DNA of 64,000 bases from Candidatus Zixiibacteriota bacterium (GCA_037441845.1 JBBIRK010000001.1:224001-288000), one strand, 5' to 3'. Shown: positions 1-10,251, counted from the stretch's first letter. Notes: generated by a model not told the origin, from the sequence alone. A program made the numbers and translations.

Positions 1-473
1 ATAAGATCTTTTAGAACCGCGGAGATCGACCCACCCAGAGGTATCATGCTTGCACGCATCTGCTCGACCGTGAAACTCTGCAAATAAAGCGGCAGCGCCA
101 CACCCGCGGAAATGGCCAGATAAAAAGCAATCGGCCAACGGGACAGCCAGGAGATTTTCGAGAAGAAACGGGTGAACATGATCAAGCCGCCGATACCGGG
201 AATCACGCTCAAAAAGAATCGCCCAAATTCGCTCATGAACGAGCCGCCGGGCGTAACCAAGGCCTTGAATCCGTTCGTCAGCGGTTCAAGCCAGAGCGCG
301 ACCAACGACTGATGATACAAGACGGCGATCCAGTATCCTGCGGAAAGCCCCACGATCAGATGCTCGGCCAATCTATAGAAGGGATTGTCTTTGTATAAAA
401 ATGAAAATATCGAGAGAGTTAAATAGGCGCCCAGCGTATACCAGAGTACCGTTCCCAGCGAAACCTGCTCCAT
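1..473 (-). CDS. Module subunit D, copy 4 (polytopic membrane protein; 3' end runs off the window)
   Basis: Not in the ORF track. Manual translation from ATG at 473 gives MEQVSLGTVLWYTLGAYLTLSIFSFLYKDNPFYRLAEHLIVGLSAGYW...WLSRWPIAFY, matching the SFLYxDNxFYxxxE and WxSRxxxAF motifs of the other D copies. Confidence 0.9.
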   Translation of the reverse strand, partial: MEQVSLGTVLWYTLGAYLTLSIFSFLYKDNPFYRLAEHLIVGLSAGYWIAVLYHQSLVALWLEPLTNGFKALVTPGGSFMSEFGRFFLSVIPGIGGLIMFTRFFSKISWLSRWPIAFYLAISAGVALPLYLQSFTVEQMRASMIPLGGSISAVLKDL

Positions 474-474
474 A

Positions 475-1320
475 TCAACCCTTTTTCTTTCTTGAGGAGA
501 AATAAGCGATATTACCGACGATGATGAATATCACGATCACGCTGTGGGCGATAGATTGGACATCCATAGCCCGCATGGCTAAGCCCGGATGATTTATCAA
601 TTTTTCGTATTCGGCCGCGCCCTTCAGACCGCCGATCAGTCCGAATATCTGATTGGAAGACAAAAAAGCATAATAATCGGTGGCCATGACCGCCGTAACC
701 CCTATCGCCAGCGGAGCTCCATAACGCGTATGAGCGTAATTTATCCAGTAATCGACCCCGGACGTGGCGTTTATGTTAACTATCATGGCACAGCTCGAAT
801 AATTATACACTCCGGCCATCATGGGAAGACTATCCAGCAGATTGCCGTAATAATCTCGTGGAAACGGCTTGCGAAAATCCTCGCCCATATTAAGAATCAC
901 TATTCCCGGATAAGGTTTGTATCCGAGAAAAACGTAATCCTCGCCGTATTTACGCCCATATTCGGCGGCAATCAATTCGAGATCGTTTTTAATGATGGTT
1001 ACGCCCTCGATCTGCAGAGCCGTGGATATGACCTTTATCCCCTTGGAAAAGCAGTGCCGCAATATGGCGTAGGCCATGGGTTGGAGTTCGGCCATCGTCG
1101 CCGGATCGTATTCCATGGGGATCATGATGATCGAGCCGGCCTTAAGGCTATCGATCCGGTCATAGACATTCTGCACTTCTTTTGTGACTTGAACCGGCAA
1201 ACCGATAGGAAACAATATCGGAATGAAAACAACAATTCCGATGACCAAATAAATCCAACGCCGGTCGATATTGATCAGTCGCGACCAGAAACCTTCGCTC
1301 GGCATTTGTTGCTGGTTCAC
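475..1320 (-). CDS. Module subunit C, copy 4 (N-terminal TM, exported alpha/beta domain, C-terminal TM)
   Basis: IDRRWIY start, YGEDYVFLGY, GLIGGLKGAAEYE and basic C-terminus RKKKG; clear paralogue of 4078-4923, 8696-9565 and 13879-14736. Confidence 0.9.
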   Translation of the reverse strand: MNQQQMPSEGFWSRLINIDRRWIYLVIGIVVFIPILFPIGLPVQVTKEVQNVYDRIDSLKAGSIIMIPMEYDPATMAELQPMAYAILRHCFSKGIKVISTALQIEGVTIIKNDLELIAAEYGRKYGEDYVFLGYKPYPGIVILNMGEDFRKPFPRDYYGNLLDSLPMMAGVYNYSSCAMIVNINATSGVDYWINYAHTRYGAPLAIGVTAVMATDYYAFLSSNQIFGLIGGLKGAAEYEKLINHPGLAMRAMDVQSIAHSVIVIFIIVGNIAYFSSRKKKG

Positions 1321-1964
1321 TTGCCGTCTCCTCCGAGCCAGGTCCTTTCGATTCCGAGGATTATTTTAAGCGAAACAGCCGCCACGCCGAGGCCCACGCC
1401 TATGTAAATCGTCCGTTTGGCGGCGGTGTTGGGAACGTATAGCAGAAATTCAGAAATTTTGGAAAGTTGCAAAGGCTCGGGCAGCCAGCCGCTGATAATT
1501 TCACCGATCGGCACCCTCCCCAGCATCACTATTACGGCGGCCAACAACAGAAGAGTCGACAATACGGTACGGGCGCGAAACGCTCGATAAGCCGCACTGG
1601 CGATAAAGAAGGCCAGCAAGGCGAACATGGTGGCGGTAACCGGTGATAGCCCGAATCGATAAAAATGTATGAACAAATCATTCTCCATGCCACCGAACAA
1701 TCCGAGGCCGGCCATGCCTATAAGCGAGATAATCGTGACGAACGAATATCCCCAACCCTCTTTCCTGAATCTGATTTTGCTGTAATGAACGCTCAACAGG
1801 GAGGCGATACCGATCACCATGGTGAATATGCCGATAATAATGGTCCAATTATTGAATTCCTGATAGATATTCGAGGAAATTCGATGGGGAACGAAATATT
1901 GAAACGCCATGAAAACGCCGAAAACGAGCACTATCAGAAGCGGTATCTCTCTTTTCACGGTCAA
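1317..1964 (-). CDS. Module subunit B, copy 4 (polytopic membrane protein)
   Basis: KREIPL start, FALLAFFIASAAYRAFRAR, PNxA and ILGIER motifs shared with the other B copies; stop overlaps the C start. Confidence 0.9.
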   Translation of the reverse strand: MTVKREIPLLIVLVFGVFMAFQYFVPHRISSNIYQEFNNWTIIIGIFTMVIGIASLLSVHYSKIRFRKEGWGYSFVTIISLIGMAGLGLFGGMENDLFIHFYRFGLSPVTATMFALLAFFIASAAYRAFRARTVLSTLLLLAAVIVMLGRVPIGEIISGWLPEPLQLSKISEFLLYVPNTAAKRTIYIGVGLGVAAVSLKIILGIERTWLGGDGK

Positions 1965-2032
1965 CCCCTAATGGAACAGATTGGACTTTGAAGTAAACAA
2001 CCAAAATGGCGCATCATGATTCCCGATAGCTC

Positions 2033-3208
2033 CTAACCCACATTGAACCAAGCGGCGAAAGATTTCCATCCGAACGTAGCGAAAATAGTGCCGATTATTA
2101 TCAATGCCGCGATTGTCACTTTTCCCCAATCCTGAGCCTTGAGCGTTCCCAGCTGTTGAGGTTCTTTGGAGAGATAGGCCGATGCGGCATACAATTCCTC
2201 GCCCATCAGCACGAAATCGCAGGCGCAAACGAAAAACGGGATCTGCACGAGCTGGTCGGTGCCGGCGATCTGAATCGACCCGGCCACGAAACCGGTTTCC
2301 GCTAGAACCAGCGATTCGGCGTAAAACATCCCCATATAAAAATTGGTAGCGGTTTTTTCGCGAAGAATTATGCCGTTGACCGCCGCGGTATAGGGAAACT
2401 GGTCTTGGGTCACGTAGAAAACATCCTTGGGATCATATAAATCGGGCTTGCCGGCCGCAGAATAGGCCTCCCTGACGACCTCCTGACATACGGTCATCAC
2501 CACCGGATCATAGTTGGGTACTATCACCCGGGTGTTGTATTCGGCGGTCTTGCGGGCGACCCGGGCCAGAATCGTGAAAGCGGCGATTGTGGCGACATCG
2601 GCGGCGGTGCCGAGTCCCGGTACATAAAGTATCGGCCGGCCCATCTCCGTCGCGCGCCCTATTGCTTCATCGACGGCGTTGATACCGGCGATCGGCCGTA
2701 CCTTGAAAGTATAACCGGAGCGGGCGCGTTTTATAAAAAACACCGCGGTCGCGCTGAATAGAAGCATCAGAATCAGAATCGGTATCCTGCCGGTATGAAA
2801 CCATTGTCCGGCGGCCACCCCGGATCCCGCCTCGAAGGCCGCCGACTCGATACCTTCTTCAATATAGATAAGCCGATAATAATAGCATACGTGGTCTTTC
2901 AGACCGGAATCTTCGTAGCGCAATGCGTTTCCGGGCAATGTGGCTGCCAATTCGTATGGCCCTTCGGCCGCAGTCGAACGATAAATCGCGATTTCACCTG
3001 CATACCCCGCAGCAGAAATGGACGGAACCAACTCCCATTCGAGTGTCAGAGCACCCCCCACATCGTTGGGCTTGTCGGTGATGCGGCAGTTTTTGATGGG
3101 ATTCGAAGGGATTGCAGGTGTGGTATCGAGCGCAGCCCCGCTTATCTCCGCAACAGCCGTTACACTGAGCAAAAATAATGAAGCCGCCAATCCAATAGCC
3201 AACCGCAT
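2033..3208 (-). CDS. Module subunit A, copy 4 (signal peptide, FN3-like domain, TM, DUF6754-like domain, TM)
   Basis: IAGINAVDEAIGRATEMGRP and GEELYAASAYLS motifs; the N-terminal DKPNDVG...LEW...IYR...YEDS...YYYRL pattern is FN3-like. DUF6754 assignment is from recall of the family. Confidence 0.85.
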   Translation of the reverse strand: MRLAIGLAASLFLLSVTAVAEISGAALDTTPAIPSNPIKNCRITDKPNDVGGALTLEWELVPSISAAGYAGEIAIYRSTAAEGPYELAATLPGNALRYEDSGLKDHVCYYYRLIYIEEGIESAAFEAGSGVAAGQWFHTGRIPILILMLLFSATAVFFIKRARSGYTFKVRPIAGINAVDEAIGRATEMGRPILYVPGLGTAADVATIAAFTILARVARKTAEYNTRVIVPNYDPVVMTVCQEVVREAYSAAGKPDLYDPKDVFYVTQDQFPYTAAVNGIILREKTATNFYMGMFYAESLVLAETGFVAGSIQIAGTDQLVQIPFFVCACDFVLMGEELYAASAYLSKEPQQLGTLKAQDWGKVTIAALIIIGTIFATFGWKSFAAWFNVG

Positions 3209-3388
3209 ACCGCAATTTATCCAATCTCACTCAACATAACAAGAAAAAACAATCGCAGCCATATCATATAATGCTTGCCTATCGGGTCGCCTTTGAATTT
3301 TGCCTGCTCGAAATGCATTAGTAACCGCGTGCCTTGTCGCTTATATCGGATATTGAATATAGGGAAAACCGTATATTGCCGCTTAATG

Positions 3389-3416
3389 AAAAAGGGGTGC
3401 TTTTCGAAACACCCCT
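3389..3416 (-). terminator. Intrinsic terminator after copy 3
   Basis: Minus strand reads AGGGGTG-tttcgaaaag-CACCCCT followed by a T run. Confidence 0.7.
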
Positions 3417-3442
3417 ATTTACCCTTACGGTCTGATGATGGA

Positions 3443-4081
3443 TCAAGACCCGCCTATAAAAGCCACCAATCCTCTCACATAATCGTTGATAAAAATCACT
3501 CTTTGGACCAGCAGCGCGATACGCCCCATCACCGTCATCCCGAAACCGGCTCCGAACCCGATCATGATGACGTAAATTCCTATTCGCGAAACCGTTCCTA
3601 TAGCCCCTTTGTGCGGCAACGAGAAGAAGAAGTAAACCAGCGCCGACACCACCGCCAGCACGATCAGAAATGTATTGATTCCCGCGTAATCGGCGGTTAT
3701 CGGCATCCCTATCGTGGCTTGAAGCTGCTTGAATAAAAATGTATAAAGCGTAACGGTTATGGTCACGCCCGACGATATGCCTATGTAGAAGGCGATCGAG
3801 TATCGCGACAGCCAGGCGTATTTTTTGGAAAACCTGGTCCACATCAACACTCCGAGCAACGCCGGGATTATGTAATGCAATTGGCCGCGGACGAATATCG
3901 GGGTCAACACCTTATCGGTGAAATTGGTATGATAAAGAAGCATCGTCCAATACCCGGTGGCGACACCAGCCACCAGGCGCTCGGCGAACTTGTAAAACGG
4001 ATTGTCGCGGTATAGGAAACTGAAAATGCAAAGCGTCAGAAATACCGCTATGCCGTTGAGAATGGCTTGTTCGGTCGTCAT
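3443..4081 (-). CDS. Module subunit D, copy 3
   Basis: SFLYRDNPFYKFAE, YFFFS and GFGAGFGMTVMGRI motifs; ATGA overlap with the C copy 3 stop. Confidence 0.9.
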   Translation of the reverse strand: MTTEQAILNGIAVFLTLCIFSFLYRDNPFYKFAERLVAGVATGYWTMLLYHTNFTDKVLTPIFVRGQLHYIIPALLGVLMWTRFSKKYAWLSRYSIAFYIGISSGVTITVTLYTFLFKQLQATIGMPITADYAGINTFLIVLAVVSALVYFFFSLPHKGAIGTVSRIGIYVIMIGFGAGFGMTVMGRIALLVQRVIFINDYVRGLVAFIGGS

Positions 4082-4923
4082 CTGCCGCCTCCGAGTTGTT
4101 GTTTTTGTTTGCGGGTGGCGAAGTAAGCGATGTTGGAGATCAAAATAAAGGCGATAATCACTGAATGGGCGATTACCTGATAAGCCATCTGCTCCTTGCC
4201 CTTGCCCGGGAATCCCACCAGTTGCTCATATTCGGCGGCACCTTTGACCCCGGGTATTATTCCGAAAATCTGCCCCGACTGCAAATACTGATAGTAATCG
4301 GCGGCCATAACTCCGGTAATTCCGATCGCCAGCGGAAAATCGAAACGGCCGACTCCATAGGTTATCCAGAAATCCGCGGTATTTCCTGCCGTGAAATCGA
4401 TCACCGCCTTGACATCCGCGAAATTGCGGATATCTCGCATCATCGGCATCGAATCCAATGGCACGCTGTAATGATCCACCGGAAAGGGAACCCTGAAATT
4501 GATGCCCATCAACATGATTGTGATGGCTGGATATGGTCGGTAACCAAGAAATACATAATCTTCACCACGGACCCGATGGTGAGCGGCGGCAAGTCTGGTT
4601 GTCAGGTCTTCCACCATACCCGGTCCGAACTGCGCCAAGGTTACGATAATGACTTTGAGATCTTTGGCAAATGCCTGGTTCAGCACGGCCTCGGCCATGG
4701 GATTCAACTCGGCCATCGATGATGGATCGTAATCCACCGCAATGAACAGGTAATCACCGGCGTTAAGGTTTTCGACGAAATCATATATCTTCTTAACCTC
4801 CGGCGAAACCGACACTGGAACTTCGAACTGCACCACCACCGGTATAATCACCGCCAGGCCGATCGACAGGTAGATCCAGCGGCGGTCTATAAGCATCATT
4901 TTTTCGAGAAAACTCATACCCAC
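4078..4923 (-). CDS. Module subunit C, copy 3
   Basis: IDRRWIY, DYDPSSMAEL, GEDYVFLGY and GVKGAAEYE motifs. Confidence 0.9.
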   Translation of the reverse strand: MGMSFLEKMMLIDRRWIYLSIGLAVIIPVVVQFEVPVSVSPEVKKIYDFVENLNAGDYLFIAVDYDPSSMAELNPMAEAVLNQAFAKDLKVIIVTLAQFGPGMVEDLTTRLAAAHHRVRGEDYVFLGYRPYPAITIMLMGINFRVPFPVDHYSVPLDSMPMMRDIRNFADVKAVIDFTAGNTADFWITYGVGRFDFPLAIGITGVMAADYYQYLQSGQIFGIIPGVKGAAEYEQLVGFPGKGKEQMAYQVIAHSVIIAFILISNIAYFATRKQKQQLGGGR

Positions 4924-4924
4924 C

Positions 4925-5542
4925 TCAATCTCTACCCATATAGGTTCGTTCGATACCGAGGATTATCTTGATCGCGGTGGCCGCGGCCCCCAGACCAATC
5001 CCCATCATGATGGCCCGCTTGGCGGCCATATTAGGAACCGATAGAATCCAAGCGACAGCTCCAAGATTAGCAGTCGAAATCGGTCCGAGAGGAATAAAGC
5101 GGAGCATGACCAGAAATGCCGTAATCAGCAATACGGTGGCCAATACCGAGCGCGCCCGGAAAGCACGGTAAGCCGCACTGGCGATAAAAAAGGCCAGAAG
5201 CGAAAATACCGTCGCCTGAATGGGAATCAGAATGGTATTGAAAAGTTTCATGAACACTGATCCGGCTTCAAACGACTCGCGTTTCAAACCGGTAAGAACC
5301 ATCGCCAGAAAACCGGCCAAAAGAACCGCAGAGTAAAATCTTTCCTTGGGGTCCTTGAGTTTAAGCACGTTCGCTTTTACCAGGCTCCATATCCCGAGAG
5401 GTAAAGACAGAATCCCGATCACCATTACCCAATCCTGACCATAGGTGAAAATGAATTCCGACCAACCGGTGGGTATGAAGTACTGGAAAAACATGACTAC
5501 ACCCGTAACCCCGACTATGATAATGGGAATCTCACGTTTCAT
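4925..5542 (-). CDS. Module subunit B, copy 3
   Basis: MKREIP, FSLLAFFIASAAYRAFRAR and ILGIER motifs. Confidence 0.9.
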   Translation of the reverse strand: MKREIPIIIVGVTGVVMFFQYFIPTGWSEFIFTYGQDWVMVIGILSLPLGIWSLVKANVLKLKDPKERFYSAVLLAGFLAMVLTGLKRESFEAGSVFMKLFNTILIPIQATVFSLLAFFIASAAYRAFRARSVLATVLLITAFLVMLRFIPLGPISTANLGAVAWILSVPNMAAKRAIMMGIGLGAAATAIKIILGIERTYMGRD

Positions 5543-5555
5543 CGATCGCTCCGAG

Positions 5556-6815
5556 CTACAGGTTTATGGTTACCAAGTTGCGCAAGAAAGGCCAGCCGGC
5601 GGTAATTGCAATCGCGCCCAGAATCACGAACAGCATTACGATCGCCTTCGTGTAATCCTGCGCCTTCAAAGTCCCTAATTGAACCGGCTCCTGCGAAAGA
5701 TAGGCCGATGCGGCGTAGAGCTCCTCGCCGATCAACGTATAATCGGTGGCGGCTACGAAGAAAGGCAGCTGAGCTATCTGGTCGGTGCCGGATATCTGTA
5801 TGGATCCGGCAATGTTGCCGGTCTCAGCCAGAATCAGCGCCTCGGCGTGGAAAACACCCATATAGAAGTTGGTCGCCGGGCGCTCCCTTAACATGATACC
5901 ATTCACCGCCGCCACATAGGGGAATTGCATCGATGTCACATAGTAGATATTATCCGGATTATATTGATCGGGCCTGCCCACCTCGAGATAAGCCGTGCGA
6001 ACGGTCTCCTGAGCCACCGCCAACACAACCGGATCGTTCACCGGCACCAGGACGCGCGTCTGATATTCGGCGGTGCGTTTGGCCACCCGCGATAGAATCG
6101 TGAATCCGGCTATGGTTGCGATATCACCGGCGGTCCCCAGCCCGAGAATATATAGAATCGGCTTGCCCATCTCTGTGGCGCGTCCGATAGCATCGTCCAC
6201 GGCGTTTATCCCGGCGAGAGGTCGTACGTAAAGCTTTTTCCCTCGTTTCGCGTGGATTATCAAATACATAAGCATTATCGTGAACAAGATGGCGCCGACC
6301 AACACTGGCAGTTTGCCGAAATGAAAAAGGTTTTCCACGGTCGTTCCGGAGACAACGGCGGTTTCCGCGGACCTGATGCCGTCCTCGGTGACGGCGGTCA
6401 GCTTGTAATACCAGGTGCTGCCGGCGGGCATGTAATTGGGATTGGGCCTTTCTTGGGTCGGTGCAAGGTTATCCGAATCCACATATTCTTTATTGCCGCG
6501 TGCGATTATGCCACGCGATATGAACGGACCATCGGGCGATGCCGAGCGGGAAATTTCATATACCGAAACGTTATTCAAGCCGGAGCCGTCATCCGGCGAG
6601 AGATCCCACCTGATGATTAATCCGTGGCCGGCGTCGTTCGGCTTATCGGCGATCCGCACGTTTGCCGGCGGTTGCGGCGCCGGCGGGCCGGTGGAATCGG
6701 CTGCCGCAGACGATTGCGGAACCTGAGCCCACAGCGCCGAGCCGAAAAACAACAGCCCGAAAAAAACTGCCGGAATTCCGATCGCGCCGGAAAATCCATG
6801 TCGATTTTTCATCAA
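5556..6815 (-). CDS. Module subunit A, copy 3 (FN3-like + DUF6754-like)
   Basis: Signal peptide, DKPNDAG...IRWDLSPDD, AVDDAIGRATEMG and IGEELYAASAYLS; SD GGAGG upstream. Confidence 0.85.
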   Translation of the reverse strand: MMKNRHGFSGAIGIPAVFFGLLFFGSALWAQVPQSSAAADSTGPPAPQPPANVRIADKPNDAGHGLIIRWDLSPDDGSGLNNVSVYEISRSASPDGPFISRGIIARGNKEYVDSDNLAPTQERPNPNYMPAGSTWYYKLTAVTEDGIRSAETAVVSGTTVENLFHFGKLPVLVGAILFTIMLMYLIIHAKRGKKLYVRPLAGINAVDDAIGRATEMGKPILYILGLGTAGDIATIAGFTILSRVAKRTAEYQTRVLVPVNDPVVLAVAQETVRTAYLEVGRPDQYNPDNIYYVTSMQFPYVAAVNGIMLRERPATNFYMGVFHAEALILAETGNIAGSIQISGTDQIAQLPFFVAATDYTLIGEELYAASAYLSQEPVQLGTLKAQDYTKAIVMLFVILGAIAITAGWPFLRNLVTINL

Positions 6816-6817
6816 TG

Positions 6818-7990
6818 CTACCTCCGTCTGTATCTATTGCTAAGTGCAAATTCTTTTATTTTATAATCCTGCTTTTTCGCCGATTCCAGGAAATCCGTAA
6901 GGTAACTGCGCCAGCCTTTACGCAACGCCTCGATTTCACTATCCGAAAAAAGCTCTCGGCTGAACGATTCGAGCCGTTCGCTTGCAGAGTACAACTCGTT
7001 AAACTTGTTCCATCCATAATTCTTGATCAAAAAATCGACGACCAGCGATCCCACCACCGAATAGAAACTGGCATCGGATCGGAAAAGCTCGGGGTCGAAA
7101 AGCAAAGGGAATTCCGGAAGCGAGTCAAGTCTTCCCGACTGTGCGGCAAGCAATCGAACTACTTCAGGGGTATGACCGTCGGCTCCCCAAAAATATACCG
7201 CCAAGCCGTACTTGATCAGCGGAACCTCGTACGAGTCATGCCCATAACGCCGGTAAGCGAGAATCGGAACCAACCCGACGGCGACTTGCCGGGCCTGCAA
7301 AAGCGGTAGATTGGACGGCATCGAACGATTTTGGTATGCGAAAATCAAGACGGATTCGGCCGGATAAAACCACATCCGCCTTTGAAATCTACTGCCGGAA
7401 AGCTTCTCAACCTCGGCGGGTGATTCCGCGAGATAAATGGTGATCGGGGTATCGTCTTTCACTTCAAGCATCGATTTCGTATGCGCGAACATCGTGCGTA
7501 ACGGCTCATAAAAATCGGCCCCGGGCATTTTCCCCGAAGGCGCCTTTAATATCAATCCATCGACAACGCTTATCACCCACTCATCGCAGTAATAATCGGG
7601 AGGATCGATCAGTTTCCACCCCTTCGAATCAGCCAGATGATAAGTCAAAGATATTCTTTCATTCGAGGAATCGATCAGGGTCACTTTGACTCTTGCCTTT
7701 TTATCCGAGATCTCCGTTTCCTCTATTATCCTGTCGAATGCGGCATAATGAGCTGCCAACGTATCGTCGGGGGGAGCGAAATGCCAGTCGGCAAGGGCAT
7801 TCGACGGTGTCGGATCGAGCCAGTGCCGGTTGGCTTTTATCGGTTCATTCTTCTCGAGGTCGTTCCAGTATCGCTCGAGCGTCTGCCGGGGAGACTCTTT
7901 CGAACAGGCCTTTGCCGACAGAGCGATCAACGTCGACAGGAATAATAATCCCGCAATTCTGAATGCCTTCATTGTGGTCGCCGATAGCAT
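6818..7990 (-). CDS. Putative lipoprotein: NTF2-like N-terminal domain + peptidase MA-like C-terminal domain lacking HExxH
   Basis: Hydrophobic signal ending SAKA-C. PLIKYGLAVYF and YSVVGSLVVDFLIKNYGWNKF resemble the gluzincin PxWxxEGxAxY and YxxSxxxVxYLxxxYG segments, but there is no HExxH. Confidence 0.55.
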   Translation of the reverse strand: MLSATTMKAFRIAGLLFLSTLIALSAKACSKESPRQTLERYWNDLEKNEPIKANRHWLDPTPSNALADWHFAPPDDTLAAHYAAFDRIIEETEISDKKARVKVTLIDSSNERISLTYHLADSKGWKLIDPPDYYCDEWVISVVDGLILKAPSGKMPGADFYEPLRTMFAHTKSMLEVKDDTPITIYLAESPAEVEKLSGSRFQRRMWFYPAESVLIFAYQNRSMPSNLPLLQARQVAVGLVPILAYRRYGHDSYEVPLIKYGLAVYFWGADGHTPEVVRLLAAQSGRLDSLPEFPLLFDPELFRSDASFYSVVGSLVVDFLIKNYGWNKFNELYSASERLESFSRELFSDSEIEALRKGWRSYLTDFLESAKKQDYKIKEFALSNRYRRR

Positions 7991-8028
7991 CGTAAATCCG
8001 GTCTATACCGCGGCAAAAGACCACCTCA

Positions 8029-8703
8029 TCACTTGCTGATAATCCCCAGCCAGTCGGCGAATAGATACTGGAATCTGCCGACCAGAAGCGAAATGCGCGC
8101 CATAACCGTATAGCCGAAACCCGCGCCGAAGGTTATCATCAAAACCCAAATCCCTATCCGGCTGGCGGCGCCTATCGCCCCTTTGTGTTCCTTTGAAAAG
8201 AAAAAATAAACCAGACCGCAGAGAAGCCCGCCGAACAATATGGTATTCGATACACTTTCGAGCAAGTTCAGAGATCCTTTCTCGAACACGACCAGAGGTA
8301 TCATTGAATTCTGCACCTGCCCGATAAAATCGGAACGCAGATAGCGCACGAGATTCAAACCGGCGGTCGTCCCCACGATGAAGGCAAGTGCCCAGCGGGA
8401 GACCCATCCGATTTTGGGGAACAGGCGTAAAAGCAAAATGATACCGAGAACGGCGGCGATTATATAATGATATTCCGGTTCCCGGTCGGCCAATGAGGGC
8501 AGAACGAAACGCACGCCCTCGGGATAAATCTTGGCGATGAGATTCGGGAACAGGGTCCCCCAGATACCTATTACCATCCAGTAAGCCGCGGAAACGCCGA
8601 CGAAAAGATGTTCGGCGAATTTATAGAAAACGTTGTCTTTGTAAAGAAACGACAATATAGAAAGAGTCAACAATGCGCCTATCCAGGTCCAGATATCAGT
8701 CAT
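8029..8703 (-). CDS. Module subunit D, copy 2
   Basis: SFLYKDNVFYKFAEH, YFFFSKEHKG and FGAGFGYTVMARIS. Start at ATG 8703 (MTDIW) chosen by paralogue alignment rather than the ORF-track start 8736. Confidence 0.9.
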   Translation of the reverse strand: MTDIWTWIGALLTLSILSFLYKDNVFYKFAEHLFVGVSAAYWMVIGIWGTLFPNLIAKIYPEGVRFVLPSLADREPEYHYIIAAVLGIILLLRLFPKIGWVSRWALAFIVGTTAGLNLVRYLRSDFIGQVQNSMIPLVVFEKGSLNLLESVSNTILFGGLLCGLVYFFFSKEHKGAIGAASRIGIWVLMITFGAGFGYTVMARISLLVGRFQYLFADWLGIISK

Positions 8704-9565
8704 GCGCCTGCCCTCTTTTGGATTGCGATCTTTCAATAAAGAAAGTGATGTTGCCTATTATGATGAACAACATGATTACGATATGAGCGATCGCCTGCGG
8801 CCCCATCATTTTTATCCCCGGCTGCGATTTATTTTCGTAGGCGGGATAATGTTTTTTCAATTCGGATTCGTATTCCGCCGCCCCCTTGATTCCGCCCATC
8901 AGGCCGACAAGTTGGTTCGGCCAGTAGGGATAAAGCAGTGGAGCCTGCACCGCGGTCGATCCTCCCGCCACCGGGATATTTCCGGGATCTCCCGCGAACA
9001 AAACCCATTCCTTGATTCCGGGCGATCCTCCGCCGAGACTGATTATCAAATCGAAACCGGTGAGATTGCGTACCGATTTCATCATCTCTATATCATCTAT
9101 ATAGGTTCCATGCACATCGGTGGAATACATTTTTTTCATGTCGGTGAGAAGCACGTTGATCAGCCCCTCGTTGCCCGCTTTGTATCCGAGATTAACGTAG
9201 TCGATTCCGTAGAGGCGATCGGGGAATTCCCGCACCTGCACCGAATCGACCGTATAGGTGGTCAGATTCTGCCCGGTCGCCCAAAGACACATATAATATA
9301 TCTTCATCTTTCTTTCATTGAGGTGGCGGATTAGGGCGTTGGTCATCGGCTGGATTTCGGGGAAAGTCGAGGGGCCGTAGTCGAGCGACACCAGTACTCT
9401 CGAACCCACGGGCAAGGACTCTATCTTGTCGAAAATATTTTTGACTATGGGACTTGCTTTCTCGGTGAAAGTAATATTGAAAATCAGGGGGATAATAACC
9501 GACAGGGCTATGAATAGAAAAATCACCCGACGATCTATATTTCGAAAAAGCCGGAGTATCTTCAT
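8696..9565 (-). CDS. Module subunit C, copy 2
   Basis: IDRRVIF, SLDYGP, YGIDYVNLGY and GGIKGAAEYE; ATGA overlap with B copy 2. Confidence 0.9.
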   Translation of the reverse strand: MKILRLFRNIDRRVIFLFIALSVIIPLIFNITFTEKASPIVKNIFDKIESLPVGSRVLVSLDYGPSTFPEIQPMTNALIRHLNERKMKIYYMCLWATGQNLTTYTVDSVQVREFPDRLYGIDYVNLGYKAGNEGLINVLLTDMKKMYSTDVHGTYIDDIEMMKSVRNLTGFDLIISLGGGSPGIKEWVLFAGDPGNIPVAGGSTAVQAPLLYPYWPNQLVGLMGGIKGAAEYESELKKHYPAYENKSQPGIKMMGPQAIAHIVIMLFIIIGNITFFIERSQSKRGQAHD

Positions 9566-10251
9566 CCCTTGCCGCCTTCCGATCCGATGTAGCCGCGCTC
9601 GATCCCCAAAATCACCCGCAGCGACATCGACACCACCCCCAGCGATATGCCGATCATGATCGCTCTTTGTCCGGCGAGGTTGGGAATCGCCATAATCCAG
9701 TTGGCCAAATTAGGAACGTGAAAAAAAGACAGCCACGAGGGGAGCCAGGCGGTGGCATAATTGCCGATCGGGGTGCGGCCGAGCAGAACGATAAAAGCGG
9801 TGACAAGCAGGATCGTGGCTTCTTTGTTTTTCGCCCGGAAAGCCCGATAAGACGCCGAGGCCACGAAAAAGGCCAAAATCGAAAACATGGTGGCCTGCAA
9901 GGGAGTGAAAACGAAATCGTAAATATTCGTGAACAACGATCCCGGAGCGGTGACATCGCCGCGGATTCCGTTTACGTTGCCGATCTTGAATGCCCCGGCA
10001 ATCAGCGTTATCAGAAAACCCAGCACCGTGACTATCGAAAACTGCCAGCCCTTGATCCGCCGATAGATTTTGTCGCCGTGCACCCGTAGAAGATTTCCGC
10101 CGCCCAGAATGAATGCAAACACGGCGATAATATCGAAAAAGACGGAAAAATCCTCGCCGAGACGACCGAACGGCGCATGGGGTATGAACACCGAAACGAC
10201 CAACACCGCCCCCACGATTCCGGTTATCAGGACAGGTAATTGACGTTTCAT
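9562..10251 (-). CDS. Module subunit B, copy 2
   Basis: MKRQLP, FSILAFFVASASYRAFRA, PNLAGQRAIMIG and ILGIER. Confidence 0.9.
   Translation of the reverse strand: MKRQLPVLITGIVGAVLVVSVFIPHAPFGRLGEDFSVFFDIIAVFAFILGGGNLLRVHGDKIYRRIKGWQFSIVTVLGFLITLIAGAFKIGNVNGIRGDVTAPGSLFTNIYDFVFTPLQATMFSILAFFVASASYRAFRAKNKEATILLVTAFIVLLGRTPIGNYATAWLPSWLSFFHVPNLANWIMAIPNLAGQRAIMIGISLGVVSMSLRVILGIERGYIGSEGGKG

Noticed and set aside
589..1407. 272-aa plus-strand ORF and similar antisense ORFs across the cassette array
   Set aside because: They overlap conserved minus-strand module genes and are not conserved between copies.
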